Shown piece by piece: positions 47,755 to 47,961 of a DNA stretch of 47,961 bases. A model generated the notes under the pieces. That model was not told the origin of the DNA. It saw nothing but the letters and a program-made list of their open reading frames with translations, and ran no database searches. Numbering within the stretch: position 1 is the stretch's first letter; every line of letters begins with the position of its first letter. Location of the stretch: positions 1 to 47,961 of the forward strand of contig JBGTGT010000122.1 in NCBI GenBank assembly GCA_041746575.1, read 5' to 3'. The translations under genes and the position numbers were made by a program. Source of the DNA: Microcystaceae cyanobacterium. GTDB taxonomy: Bacteria; Cyanobacteriota; Cyanobacteriia; Cyanobacteriales; Microcystaceae.

Positions 47755-47961
47755 TAGCCAGGATGGCTAGAATTTCGTGGCCAACGGCTTGATAGTCTAA
47801 CCAACCCATGCGGTCTTTGACAGGAAGGTCACAGACGGGTAAACCTTGGGCGATCGCTTTGACAAATCCGGCTGACCGTCGGATCTGTGCTTGGAAGAGG
47901 GGGACATCCGCTTCTTCTAAGGCGGTTCGGACATGGCGGGCTTCTTTAGAGGGGGGAGGTG
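47750..47961 (-). CDS. parA: ParA-family ATPase, C-terminal part (runs off the window; absent from the ORF track)
   Basis: Translates as PPPSKEARHVRTALEEADVPLFQAQIRRSAGFVKAIAQGLPVCDLPVKDRMGWLDYQAVGHEILAILAT*. The IRR..F..A...G.PV and DY..V..EI pattern matches a ParA C-terminus. Confidence 0.8.
   Translation of the reverse strand, partial: PPPSKEARHVRTALEEADVPLFQAQIRRSAGFVKAIAQGLPVCDLPVKDRMGWLDYQAVGHEILAILAT

Noticed and set aside
47427..47804. 125-aa minus-strand ORF in the track
   Set aside because: It is an off-frame overlap of parA and the RHH gene. Only its last ~15 codons look genuine.

Overview
Cyanobacterial chromosomal window, inferred from at least 16 HIP1 GCGATCGC octamers, psbP, a PEP-CTERM gene, DUF928 and DUF1816. 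From left to right it holds: a probable IS200/IS605 left-end hairpin cutting into a PEP-CTERM gene; a heptose operon (epimerase-gmhA-gmhB); a CHASE2 adenylate/guanylate cyclase, DUF928 and cNMP-binding cluster; a CARDB-haloperoxidase/PAP2 gene between two MITE copies; manC; a doubly inactivated Crp/Fnr gene with a class II activator promoter, followed by ComFB-like, DUF1816 and SpoIIAA-like genes; pyrG; a third MITE copy; a 490-aa unknown protein and two membrane zinc proteases; an AT-rich Wzx/Wzy polysaccharide cluster with two methyltransferases and an acyltransferase; then maf, psbP, ABC genes, a WcaI-like glycosyltransferase, gpmI and secG. A mobile island starts right after secG. It has nested IS701/IS1 remnants, a C39/papain-like peptidase coupled to a partner gene, and a minimal tyrosine recombinase. 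A MazF/DUF2281 toxin-antitoxin pair sits between that recombinase and a second copy of its first 11 codons. The island ends with res-like palindromes and a plasmid-type ParA/RHH partition pair with an 8-bp periodic centromere-like array. No tRNA, rRNA or CRISPR array was seen. All family calls come from motif recognition by eye; no database searches were run.
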